Shown one piece after another: positions 25,900 through 36,931 of a DNA stretch of 64,000 nucleotides (position 1 is the first letter of the stretch; each line of letters begins with the position of its first letter). The stretch is taken from NCBI RefSeq assembly GCF_963921235.1, contig NC_086097.1, forward strand, positions 109,246,001-109,310,000. Direction: 5' to 3'. The translations under genes were made by a program, and so were the position numbers. Source of the DNA: Mobula hypostoma. Its lineage: Eukaryota. Under the pieces are notes generated by a model. It did not search any database. It was not told the DNA's origin and saw only the letters and a list, made by a program, of their open reading frames with translations.

Positions 25900-25916
25900 A
25901 GGGGCCAAGAGGAGGG
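25900..25916 (+). promoter_or_regulatory. ERV polypurine tract
   Basis: AGGGGCCAAGAGGAGGG, 2 nt before the TG that starts the 3' LTR. Confidence 0.7.
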
Positions 25917-25918
25917 TA

Positions 25919-26905
25919 TGAGAGAGAGTATTCTGGAATTATGTGAATATAGCAGATAATAATTCAAACAAGGACCAGGCTTCAGTTCTTATTGTACATA
26001 AATGTAAATGTCCAGGAAGCTTGTAATTGGCTTTCAGCTTTTTGTAAATTGTAAGCAGTGAATTGAAGTTAAAAGCATAGGCTGCTCCACAGACTTAAAG
26101 ATTGCATATGCAAGAGTGCCATCCGATTCCTAAATGGACTTTGAAGCTTTGGACACTACTTCACTTTTTTTAATACACAGTATTTCTGTTTTTGCACATT
26201 TTTAAAAATAATCTATTCAATTAACATAATTGATTTACTTGTTTATTTATTGTTTTATTATTTTTTTTTCCCCTCTCTCTCTGCTAGATTATGAACTGCT
26301 GCTGCTATGTTAACAAATTTCACATCACATGCTGGTGGTAATAAACCTGATTCTGATTCTGATTAATTGGGTTATGTTAATAGGCCTGCATCAAACCAGG
26401 TGACATGGCTAAGTTACTTGCACCATTGTGACTTGAATGCAAGCTGGCAGCTGGGATGGATGTTGTCACTTAGCATATCAAAGATGGCCACAGGTACTGG
26501 CATAAGTACACAGTATAGAATTCGTGTACTTATCATATTTATGTATTCAGAGGCAGTCCCGACATTAAATTTGGGTGTCTGGCTCTCCGACATCAAAAGG
26601 GTTTTAGAATATTTTTGTTAATTAGCTTCTCCCAAAGGCGTTTGGGCCTTCAGAGATGTCTTATCAATTACAATGTGCTTCCGCTATGTATCTCAAAGAA
26701 AATGTTTTCCAACCCAAGATATTGAAATAAACAATGATATTGTAACTATTGAAATTGTATTGAATCACCTACTGTTACCTTTGATCCTAAGGGCACAAAA
26801 TTCTGATGTAGCCTCTGCTGAGTGTCTCCAGTATGATCCCTGCTAGTGCTGAATAAAGGTTTCTATGTCATCAGCTTCAGTGTGTCACTAGACTCAAGAC
26901 TATCA
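25919..26905 (+). repeat. ERV 3' LTR, with a Rex1-type 3' fragment inserted at ~26113-26362
   Basis: Homologous to the 5' LTR; contains the empty Gypsy site AGAATATTTTTG; AATAAA at 26852-26857; ends ...CTATCA. Confidence 0.87.
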
Positions 26906-27344
26906 AGTGGAATTGGTACCCCATTCCACTGATGTCATTAAAGAGAGATTTGTTGATTTATTGTACCTCCTTTTGCAATATTGACACAAGGCAGGATCTA
27001 ACTCAAGTGCTCTCCATCTTAAGGTGAAGAAAGACTGCAATAACTTAGTAACACTAAGCCTTGGTTTATTAACTAGGACTTTATAGAAAGTAGGAAACAC
27101 CAAATATGTGGAACCTTTTCCTTGGGAAACAATAATGTGGTGAAAGGGAATATGAACATTTCATTTATAATTTGGAACCATTCAGGAAGCTAGTCCAAGG
27201 AAGTAGTTCAAAGCAGCCCGGTAGTGTAGTGGTTAGCACTTGTGACTCAGGTTCAATTCCCACCGCTGTCTGTACGTTCTCCCTTTGACCTCATGGGTTT
27301 CCTATAGGAGCTCCGGCTCCCCCCCCAATTCCCAGGACGTACAG

Positions 27345-27889
27345 ACGCAAACAGGAGGAATTCTGCAGATGCTGGAAATTCAAGCAACACACATCAAAGT
27401 TACTGGTGAACGCAGCAGGCCAGGCAGCATCTCTAGGAAGAGGTACAGTCGACGTTCATGATGGCATGAACATTGACTTCTCAAACTTCCACTAATGCCC
27501 CACCTCCCCCTCGTACCCCATCTGTTATTTATTTATATACACACATTCTTTCTCTCACTCTCCTTTTTCTCCCTCTGTCCCTCTCACTATACCCCTTGCC
27601 CATCCTCTGGGTTTCCCCCCCCTCCCCCTTTTCTTTCTCCCTGGACCTCCTGTCCCATGATCCTCTCGTATCCCTTTTGCCTATCACCTGTCCAGCTCCT
27701 GGCTCCATCCCTTCCCCTCCTGTCTTCTCCTATCATTTCGGATCTCCCCCTCCCCCTCCCACTTTCAAATCTCTTACTAGCTCTTCTTTCAGTTAGTCCT
27801 GACGAAGGGTCTCAGCCCGAAATGTCGACTGTACCTCTTCCTAGAGATGCTGCCTGGCCTGCTGCATTCACCAGCAACTTTGATGTGTG
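27345..27889 (+). mobile_element. Penelope-like insertion with inverted pLTR
   Basis: 16-bp TSD TTCCCAGGA(C/T)GTACAG at 27329-27344 and 27890-27905; 27345-27456 is an inverted copy of the pLTR end. Confidence 0.9.
27795..27830 (+). ncRNA. Minimal type-I hammerhead ribozyme motif in a PLE pLTR
   Basis: AGTC-CTGACGA-A-GGG(TCTCAG)CCC-GAAA-TG-TC-GACT. Confidence 0.65.
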
Positions 27890-28039
27890 TTCCCAGGATG
27901 TACAGGTTGGGAGGTTAATCGGTCTTTGTAACTTGTCCCGTGATTAGGCTAGGTGACGTGACTTGAAGGTCTGCTAGGGCCAGAAATGCCCATTCCACAT
28001 TGTATCTCAATAAATTAATACACTTATTGTAAAAGTACG

Positions 28040-28445
28040 CATGTAGACATTACTATATTTTACCTTGAGATTCATTTTCTTGCTCGCATTTACAGGGAAA
28101 GGAAGTAGTACATTAGAACTTCATGAAATACTATACATGAACAGAGACAGACAAGCAACCAATATTCAAAAAAACACTGACAACGTGAGTTGTAAGGGTT
28201 CCTTGGAAGTGAGTCTGTAGTTCATTGAATCAGTTCAGTGTAGCGGTAATTGAAGTTATCCACGCCAGTTTGGGTGCCTGATGGTTGGAGGGTAATAACT
28301 GTTCCTGAACCTGTTGGTGTGGGACCCGAGCTTTTTATCCATCTGTCTGATGGTCATAGCAAGGAGAGGACTTTGCTTGGATTGTGGGGTTCTTTGAAGA
28401 TGAATGCTACTTCCTTCTGGCAGTGCTCCATGAAAATGTACTTAT
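28040..28445 (-). mobile_element. Rex1/Babar LINE 3' fragment
   Basis: Reverse complement of the Rex1 tail (LLPSDRWIKSSGPTPTGSGTVITL region; 'ccttgagattcattttc'). Confidence 0.65.
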
Positions 28446-29581
28446 AGCAGAACACTTCCAGACACATTTTGGCATTAAGTCTCTCAAAGAGTGACTTCCT
28501 TTAGAGTTCTAAGATTTTGTGAGAGGCAAAAATAGACTTTGTACAAATGGAAAGTCTGGGTTCAGTGGAACTAGTTACAACAATTGAAGGCAAGAGATTT
28601 CCCACAGTGATACTCCAAAATCCAGAGGCGAGAAGAACCGATCAATAAAGAAGTAATTAAACTTTGAACCTGTCAGCTGGCCAGAGATACATAGCTTTAT
28701 TTCCTCACGTATTTGCACTCTCTGACACATTGAGAAATGGCAAAAGTGCCACATGAAGTTCTCTGCCTTAATATTGGAAATTGTTCTTGACTGTACATTT
28801 GAAAACTAAAAGCAGGCATTTTTTATATTCTCGTACAGTCTCTGATACCAATGAACATTCGTGATAGAGCCATTGTACTGTGAGTAATCTGGATGTTGAA
28901 AAGGCTGAAGGGATTGCAGCTCTAATTGATGTATGTATATATGATAGAATTATTGATAAGATTTGATGAATTGATTAGGCCATTAACAAAAAGTGTAGAA
29001 TAATAGAGCCTCAGGAATTTTATATTAATAAGAAATATGTTAATATTGATCCATGAGTTACATCAACAGGAACAAACAAGTAGCTTAATGAGGATTACCG
29101 AAGGGCTTACCTGGGAGCAACCTCAGACATGCAGTACCTTAAAATAAAGTGCCAACTTGCTGCCACATTAACACAGAACTACAAAAAGACAAAATGGTGA
29201 AAACACTCAGTAGATCAGAAAACAGCTGCAGAAAATGAAGCACAGTTCATGTTTCACATCAAAGACCTTTTGTCAGAAATGGGGAGATAGGTGAAAACTA
29301 AATTAATTTTAATTTGCAGACAGGGTTAGAGAGAAACGGATAAATCAAAGGGGACATACATGGAGGATGGGATTGCAGAGGAAATCTGCAACTTCTTTAG
29401 CAAATAGTTGACAGATGAATGAGGGAATTTGAAGAGAGAAAACAGGAATGTTGAAGATGTGTAACACAGCTCTGAGCAATACCTGAAACCAAAAGTAGAA
29501 TGGTGGAAATCAGGCAGATTCTCAGGAAGGTGACATTCCAGAGAGATAACCTTTAGGCAGCAATGGCATTTCATGTCTTTA

Positions 29582-29976
29582 ACACGCAGACACGAGGAAA
29601 TCTGCAGATGCTGGAAATTCAAGCAACACTCACAAAAAAATGCTAGTGAACGCAGCAGGCCAGGCAGCATCTGTAGGAAGAGGTACAGTCAACGTTTCGT
29701 GCCGGGACCCTTCATCAGGACTAACTGAAAGAAGAGATAGTAAGAGATTTGAAAGTGGGAGGGTGAGGGGGAGATCCAAAATGATAGGAGAAGACAGGAG
29801 GGGAGGGGTGGATCTAAGAGCTGGAAAGTTGATTGGCCAAAGGGATACCAGGCTGGAGAAGGGAGAGGATCATGGGACGGGAAGCCTGGGGAGAAAGACA
29901 AGGGGGGAGGAGAGCAGGCAAGGAGTTATAGTGAGAGGGACAGAGGGAGAACAAAGAGAGAGAGAAAAAAAGTGGG

Positions 29977-30026
<50 letters not shown>

Positions 30027-30280
30027 TAAATAAATAAGGGATGGAGTGTGAAGGGGAGGTGGGGCATTAATGGAAGTTAGAGAAGTCAATATTCATGCCA
30101 TCAGGTTGGAGGCTACCCAGCCGGAATATAAGGTGTTGTTCCTCCTACCTGAGTGTGGCTTCATCTTGACAGTAGAGGAGGCCAAGGATAGACAAATCAG
30201 AATGGGAATGGGACATGGAATTAAGATGTGTGGCCACTGGGAGATCTCGCTTTCTCTGGTGGACAGAGCGTAGGTGTTCT
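29582..30280 (-). mobile_element. Penelope-like element 3' end with a (TA)n microsatellite (~29979-30022) and a hammerhead motif (29687-29722)
   Basis: Highly similar to 53753-54350; minus-strand AGTC-CTGATGA-AGGGTCCCGGCAC-GAAA-CG-TT-GACT. Confidence 0.88.
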
Positions 30281-30439
30281 TTAGCACTTCTGTTTTCTCT
30301 CTCCAAATTCCCTCATTCTGATGTGGACTGAAAAGGGGAATGATCTGAAATTGTTGACTTTGTTATCTTTTATTGCTAACATGTGTTATAATTTTGAGGC
30401 TGTGGCCTAGGTCCAGCACATAAGTGCCATTACAAATAA

Positions 30440-30722
30440 TAATAATAATTATTATTATTGAGATACAGTGTAGAATGGGCCCTTCTGGTCCTTCAAGCCA
30501 CACTGCTCAGCAACCCCAGAGTTAACCCAGACCTAACCATGGGACAATTTATAATGACCAAAGACCAGGGCACCTTTGTACTGTAGGAGGAAACTGGAGC
30601 ACCTGGAGGAAACCCACAGGGTCATGAGGAGGACCTACAAACTCCTTACACACAGTGGCAGGAATTGAACCTGGGTGACCTGTACTGTAAAGCGTTGTGC
30701 TAACCACTATGCTACTGCACTG
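30440..30722 (-). mobile_element. V-SINE-like element
   Basis: Reverse complement of the tRNA head and core seen at 27213 ('ggaattgaacc', 'gctaaccactatgctac'). Confidence 0.75.
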
Positions 30723-30749
30723 CCCCATAAATGCAACTGATGAGCATGT

Positions 30750-31228
30750 ACCGTAGTCACAGGAAAGCAGCATCCATCATCAGGGACTCCCACCTACTCT
30801 GTTCTTGTTCCTGTTGCCATCAGGAAGAAGGTATGGGAGCCTTAGGGCCCCACACCACCAGGTTCAGGAACAGTTATTACCCCTCAACCATCAGGCTCTT
30901 GAAACAGAGGGGATAACTTCACTCAACTTCACTTGCCCCATCACTGAACTTCACTTGTCCCATCACTGAACTATTCTGATAATCTATGGATTCACTTTCA
31001 AGGACTCTTCATCTCATGTTCTTGGTAATGCTTTTTTAAATTATTATTTCTTTTTGTATTTGCAGTTCATTGTCTTTTGCCCACTGGTTGTCCACCTTGT
31101 TGAGGTGGTCTTTCATTGATTCTATTATGGATATTGGATTTATTAAGTATGCCTGTAAGAAAATGAATCTCAGGGTTGTATATGGTGATGTGTATGTACT
31201 TTGATCATAAAGTTACTTTGAACTTTGA
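30750..31228 (+). mobile_element. Rex1/Babar LINE 3' fragment
   Basis: HRKAASIIRD..HTTRFRNSYYPSTIRLL; tail 'actttgaactttgaa'; 22-bp tandem duplication at ~30925-30970. Confidence 0.8.
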
Positions 31229-31444
31229 ATATGTGGAAAGTTAATAAGTCAATATGTGAGGACTCTTATCAGCAGTAATAGGAAGGGAGGCATGGTCAAA
31301 GAAAAAGGGTAACATCATCGAGGCACCAATAATAAAGGGTTTTCGACTTGACAAGTTAACTTCCTTTTTTTTCTAGATGTTGTCTGACACGGTAAGTGAT
31401 TTTACTTCAGGTTCCTATTATCTGCTTTTTTAAGTTTTTAGAAT

Positions 31445-31915
31445 ACTATTACAGATCCCACAACCCGCCTGGGTTGTAGGGGCGCTGCACAGATGAATGA
31501 GGCACCAATGGCCTCCATTTCTCATGGTTGTGGGTAAATGCCTGAACAAACAGAAAAATTCTCTCCGGTCCACTCTGCAATGTTGTCCGTCCATTTCGTC
31601 TGTGTGTCCCTTTTTCCTTTCCCCTGCACCGTTCCCTGAAGACTGTTTTTGAGAGTCCACTTTCTTGTTATGTGGCCATACCATCTCAATTTCCTCCTAT
31701 TTACTGTGGACAGTAGATCTTTATATTGTCACATGTGTTGGGCTTTGTCATTTGAAGCATGGTCTGTGTAGGAGATGCTGAGAAGCCTTCTGAAGCACCT
31801 CATTTCTACTGCCTGGATCTTTTGCAGTTCTGCTGTCAAAGTCCATGATTCACATGCATACAAGAAGATGGAGGGCACAAGTGCATGCAGGAGTTTCAAC
31901 TTGGATTTTCAACAT
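31445..31915 (-). mobile_element. RTE-clade (BovB-like) LINE 3' fragment
   Basis: Minus strand reads SKLKLLHALVPSIFLYACESWTLTAELQKIQAVEMRCFRRLL..RKLRWYGHITR..LQGTVQGK..KWTDNIAEWTG. Confidence 0.82.
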
Positions 31916-32740
31916 AGGCATATACGACATATTTATTAATCTGTAAAATAGCATGAAGATGCAATGGGTAAGTAAAGAGGTTTAAAAAGGGCAAGTACAA
32001 GAAAAGTAAGTGGAGGAACAGGATTACTCTGAGAGCCAGCATTGATTTCATGGGCTGAATAGCTTCCTATGTCATAAGGAAAAATTGAAGTACAGTAAAA
32101 TCTCTTGGAATTCTGGTGGTGCTGGAATAGCAGATTTTCAGGACTAATAAACATTACTCTCTATTAACATTTGAACATATGTTTATTTCACTTTTTTATG
32201 TGTAGCATAATGGAATCTGAAAATAGAACCCTAGATTTTCAGCTTGTGTTTGAACAATGGCAGGGACCAGCTATAAGTGTTAAAGATAAGGCTGAAAAAG
32301 GTCTGATTAACTCCAGAGCTCCATTTACAGCCTTGGTCCAAATATGGACCTAAGAATCAAATTCTGGAGATTGAGTAAGCCCTTGATACAAAGCCAGCAT
32401 TTTTTTTCCAAATTACGACTCCGGTAAAACTGAAGTCAATGGATGTCAAGGGGAAGCTCTCCAGTGACTTGAGGTGCACCCTGTATGAGGGGTGATTGTT
32501 TAGTTTGTTCAGGACATCATTGAAGGAGCTCTTCAACAGTTCCCTGACTTATCCGTCATAAACTCCTTCATCTGCTTCCTTCCATCATAAGGCCACAAAT
32601 ATAATGTTTCTTGATGAATGTACAATGTTCAATTCAAAACCCCACAAAAATGAAGCAATTCATGCTTACGTGCAGCAAGACCCAGAGATCATTCAGGAAT
32701 GGACTGATAACAAGCAGTAAGATTTGTAGCTATCTCCAGC

Positions 32741-33845
32741 AGAATCAGAATCAGGTTTATTATCACCAGCATGTGACGTGAAATTTGTTAACTTAGCAGC
32801 AGCAGTTCAATGCAATACATAATCTAGCAGAAAGAGCGAGAAAAAAATAATAATAATAAATAAAATAAAACATAATAAATAAACAAGTAAATCAGTTACA
32901 TATATTGAATAGATTATTTAAAAATGTGCAAAAACAGAAATACTGTGTATTTAAAAAAAGAGATAGAAACATAGAAACAAAGAAAATAGGTGCAGGAGTA
33001 GGCCATTCAGCCCTTCAAGCCTGCACCGCCATTCAGTATGATCATGGATGATCATCCAACTCAGAACCCTGTACCAGCCTTCCCTCCATACCCCCTGATC
33101 CCTTTAGCCACAAGGGCCATATCTAACTCCCTCTTAAATATAGCCAATAAACTGGCCTCAACTGTTTCCTGTGGCAGAGAATTCCACAGATTCACCACTC
33201 TCTGTGTGAAGAAGTTTTTCCTAATCTTGGACCTAAAAGGCTTCCCCTTTATCCTCAAACTGTGACCCCTCGTTCTGGACTTCCCCAACATCAGGAACAA
33301 TCTTCCTGCATCTAGCCTGTCCAATCCCTTTAGAATTTTTTACGTTTCAATAAGATCCCCCCTCAATCTTCTAAATTCCAATGAGTATAAGCCTAGGTGA
33401 TCCAGTCTTTCATCATATGAAAGTTCTGCCATCCCAAGAATCAATCTGGTGAACCTTCTTTGTACTCCCTCTATGGCAAGGATGTCTCTCCTCAGATTAG
33501 GGGACCAAAACTGCACACAATACTCCAGGTGTGGTCTCACCAAGGCCTTGTACAACTGCAGTAGTACCTTCCTGCTCCTGTACTCAAATCTCCCTGCAAT
33601 GAACAACCAGGTCTCGTTGCACCTCCCCTTTTCCTAATTGGCCACCATTCAGATAATAATCTGTTTTCCTATTTTTGCCATCAAGTGGATAACCTCACAT
33701 TTATCTACATTAAATTGCATCTGCAGTGTCCAAATCTTCAATGTCCATTTAGGAATCGGATGGCAGAGGGAAAGAAGCTGTTCCTGAATCGCTGAGTGTG
33801 TGCCTTCAGGCTTCTGTACCTCCTACCTGATGGTAACAGTGAGCA
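32741..33845 (-). mobile_element. Rex1/Babar 3' fragment with (TCTGAT)n tail, split by a CR1 (-) insertion at ~32963-33722
   Basis: LLPSGRRYRSLKAHTQRFRNSFFPSAIRFLN at 33750-33840; CR1 ORFs 33061..33324 and 33340..33606. Confidence 0.82.
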
Positions 33846-35439
33846 AGAGAGAATCTAATCATCTACCCTTACCATTCCATCTGGCATAGTTTGCATATAG
33901 TTGTTTGATTGTTTGTGGTTTTTGTATTGCTATATTTATGCTCTATTCTTGGTTGGTGCAGGTGTAACGAAACCCAATTTCCCTCGGGATCAATAAGGTA
34001 TATCTATGTATCTATCTATCTAATACTATCACTGGTGGTCTTAGCATCTTAATGCTGACCTGCAACTCAGTGGGACGAACCATATGAATATGGTAGCTTC
34101 AAGAGTAGGTTAAAGGTCAAGACAGCATGATCCTGTCCGTAAAACAGGTGTGTGATTAAAACTCTGTTTTCCTGAATGAATGCAAGTCAAACTTGACACT
34201 ATTCAGGACAAAGAATACGAATGGGTTCTTATATCATCCGCTCTTTAAAACTTTTGTCCACTCAACTACTAGCAAACTGTGGCTGCATTGTGTATCAAAG
34301 TGAACAATAATTACTTGCCTCTACTCTACCACAATCTACCAGACCTTAACACCAGAAAGAACAGAGACAGCAGCTTCAAATGCATTTACCATCTCCCCCC
34401 TCCAATAGGTTGAGCGTCAAGCTAGCAACTCGGCCTCATAAAACAGAATAATGCTAAAGAAAAGGCAAAGATGCCCTCCAATGTGCCTGAAGGTATGGGG
34501 AGGAACTTTACCTTTTTTTAAAACCTTCTCCAAGTTAGACATTATACTGACTTGGAAATATAAAACACTAATACACAGTTTTATAATACTGTAGTAGTAT
34601 TGGCAGTGTTCTAATTTGTTCTGTATTTCATTTAAATACATAATTTGTTACTCAGTTAAATGGTAGCTTTGATTCAAAGGCTTGCCAGAGCTAATTGTTT
34701 TGCCCAAAGCTGCTTCTTGAAAAGTGCTCAGCAAAATAATTTTATCAATATAAATGTTTGATAATGTAATTACTGACTCTGCCACAGAAAAGTATCTATC
34801 ATAAAAAAGCTGTCTGACAAACTCCATTGAATTATTGACCAGATTATCAATCAATAGAATAAAGCCAGGACCATTACTCTGCATCATGTTATATACAATC
34901 TGTCAAAATCAAGCAATCCAAAAGATATAAAGGTGATACAAGCTTTCCTATATTGCCTCTGTGTTTCAGTGAATTTTGCCACATTGGGAATTGGCTAGGA
35001 TCTGTGAGAAGGACTAATTCCATCTATTGCAATGGTTCTGATTTAAAAAGAAAACTGCCTTATGTGCAATTTTTAATGTCTGCTGATCAATTAGTGGTTT
35101 AGATAATGGAGCTATTCCGTAACCCAGGTGTTCACATTGACGATATGTGATACAGCATTGGCTTAGATTCTGTGGTCAACAATGAAGTAATCATGTTCGC
35201 TATGACATTAAGGAAAGTTGCCAAAATGGTCTTCAGTGAGAGTCAGACAGTATGAAATAAAGGCATTCAGCTTACTGAGACCACCCCCCTTCAAGCTCAC
35301 ACCTAGACAAAACTGTAAACACCAGAGATTCTGCAGATGCTGGAAGTCCAGAGTAACACACACAAAATGCTGTAGGAACTCAGCAGGTCAGGCAGCAATC
35401 TATGGAAATGAAAAACAGTTGACATTTCAGGGCGTGAGA

Positions 35440-35930
35440 GCATAAGACATAGGAGCATATTGAGTCTGCTTTGTCGTTTCATCATGGCAGATCCCAGATC
35501 CCATTCAACCTCAAACAGTACACCTGCCCTCTCACCATATCCTTTGATACCCTGACCAATCAAGAACCTATCAACTGCTGCTTTAAATATACCCAAGGAA
35601 TTGGCCTCAACTGCGGTCTGTTCCAGAACATTCCACAGATTCATCACTCTTTGGCCAAAAACATTCCACCTTACTTCTATACTAAAAGGTTGCCCCTCAA
35701 TTTTGAGGCTGCACCCTCTAGTTCTGGACACCACCATCAGAGCAAACATCCTCTCCACATCCACCTTATCTAGTCCTTTCAACATTTGGTAGGTTTCAAT
35801 GAGATCCTCACGCACTTTTCTAAATTCCAGTGAGTAAGGCCCCAGAGCTGCCAAACACTCCTCATATGTTAACCCCTTCATTCCCGGAATCATCCTTGTG
35901 AACCTCCTATGTACTCTCTCCAATGACAAT
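35440..35930 (-). mobile_element. CR1 LINE 3' fragment flanked by Penelope pLTR pieces (35310-35435, 35935-36280)
   Basis: ORF 35303..35929 LERVHRRFTRMIPG; the flanks match PLE ends. Confidence 0.82.
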
Positions 35931-36931
35931 ACATTCTCCCCCTCCTGTCGTCTCCTATCATTTTGGATCTCCCCCTCCCCCTCCCACTTTCAAATCTCTT
36001 ACTATTTTAGTTAGCCCTGACAAAGGGTCACTGCCCAAGACATCGACTGTACCTCTTCCTAGAGATGCTCCCTGGCCTGCTAAGTGTGTTGCTTGCATTT
36101 CTGATGTTTGGTGACCCTTCATCAGGACTGGAGAGGAAAGGGGAAGATGTCAGAATAAGAAGGAAGGGTGAGGGGAAGGAGGACAAGCTAGAAGGTGATG
36201 GGTAAAGTCAGGTTGGTGGGGAAGGGGGATGAAGTAAGAAGCTGGGAGGTGATAGATGGAAAAGGTAAAGGGCTGGAGAAGTAAGAACTTTTTTAAGATA
36301 TTCCTCACATCCCCACTAACTTCCCTCAAATCCTACCACTCATCCACACACTAGGAAAATTTATTGTGGCCAATTTCCTGCCTGCCTACATCTTTAGAAT
36401 ACGGATGGAACAGAAGCACCTAGTAGACACCCATTCTGTGTGAGAGAATGTACATTGAATGCCGGTGGTCAGGACTGAACGGGTATCACTGGAATCCTGA
36501 GACAGTAGCCCTGCCAGCTGTGCCACTTTGCCATCTTTAGATGAAGTGCAACTTTGGATGCTGTCAGTTACTAACGTTAGGTAACTCTAGCATTCAAAAG
36601 TAATGATGGTATGATTGAAAGGAAAAACATGCATGGACAGGTTAGTGAACACAGTGGGATTGATGCACTGAGGTGTGTTTATTTAAATACAAGGTGTATT
36701 ATGGGTACAGAAGATGATGTTATGGCCATAAAGGTACTTGGTTGTGAGAGGAAAGGAATGGCAGCTCAGTATTCCTGGCATTTGATGTTTTCAGGTGTGA
36801 GAGAGAGGTAAAGGGGGTGGAGGGGTTTCAAAACTTACCGGGGAGAATGTCACGGCTGGACTCGGAAGACAAACTAGAGGGCTCATCTGTTGTGGCAATA
36901 TGGAAGAGCTTAACAATAAGAAAAGTACAAT

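Larger units (their letters stand above)
9159..26905 (+). mobile_element. Decayed endogenous retrovirus (SnRV/spuma-related RT) carrying many nested insertions
   Basis: Two homologous LTRs, PBS, PPT and ordered gag-PR-RT-RNaseH-IN remnants (see sub-features). Confidence 0.88.
27213..28018 (+). mobile_element. tRNA-derived V-SINE-like element, interrupted by a Penelope insertion
   Basis: A-box 'ggtagtgtagtggttagc', B-box 'ggttcaattccc', core 'gttctccc...gggtttcc...gctccgg'; a minus-strand relative lies at 30440-30722. Confidence 0.75.

Noticed and set aside
9150..26912. TSD for the ERV
   Set aside because: The flanks (GTTAC / AGTGG) do not match, so the exact outer LTR ends remain uncertain.
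27213..27270. tRNA gene
   Set aside because: Only A/B boxes with no cloverleaf, and it continues into a SINE core.
29979..30022. (TA)n run, and (CA)n near 59603-59639, as functional arrays or CRISPR
   Set aside because: Simple microsatellites with no repeat-spacer structure.
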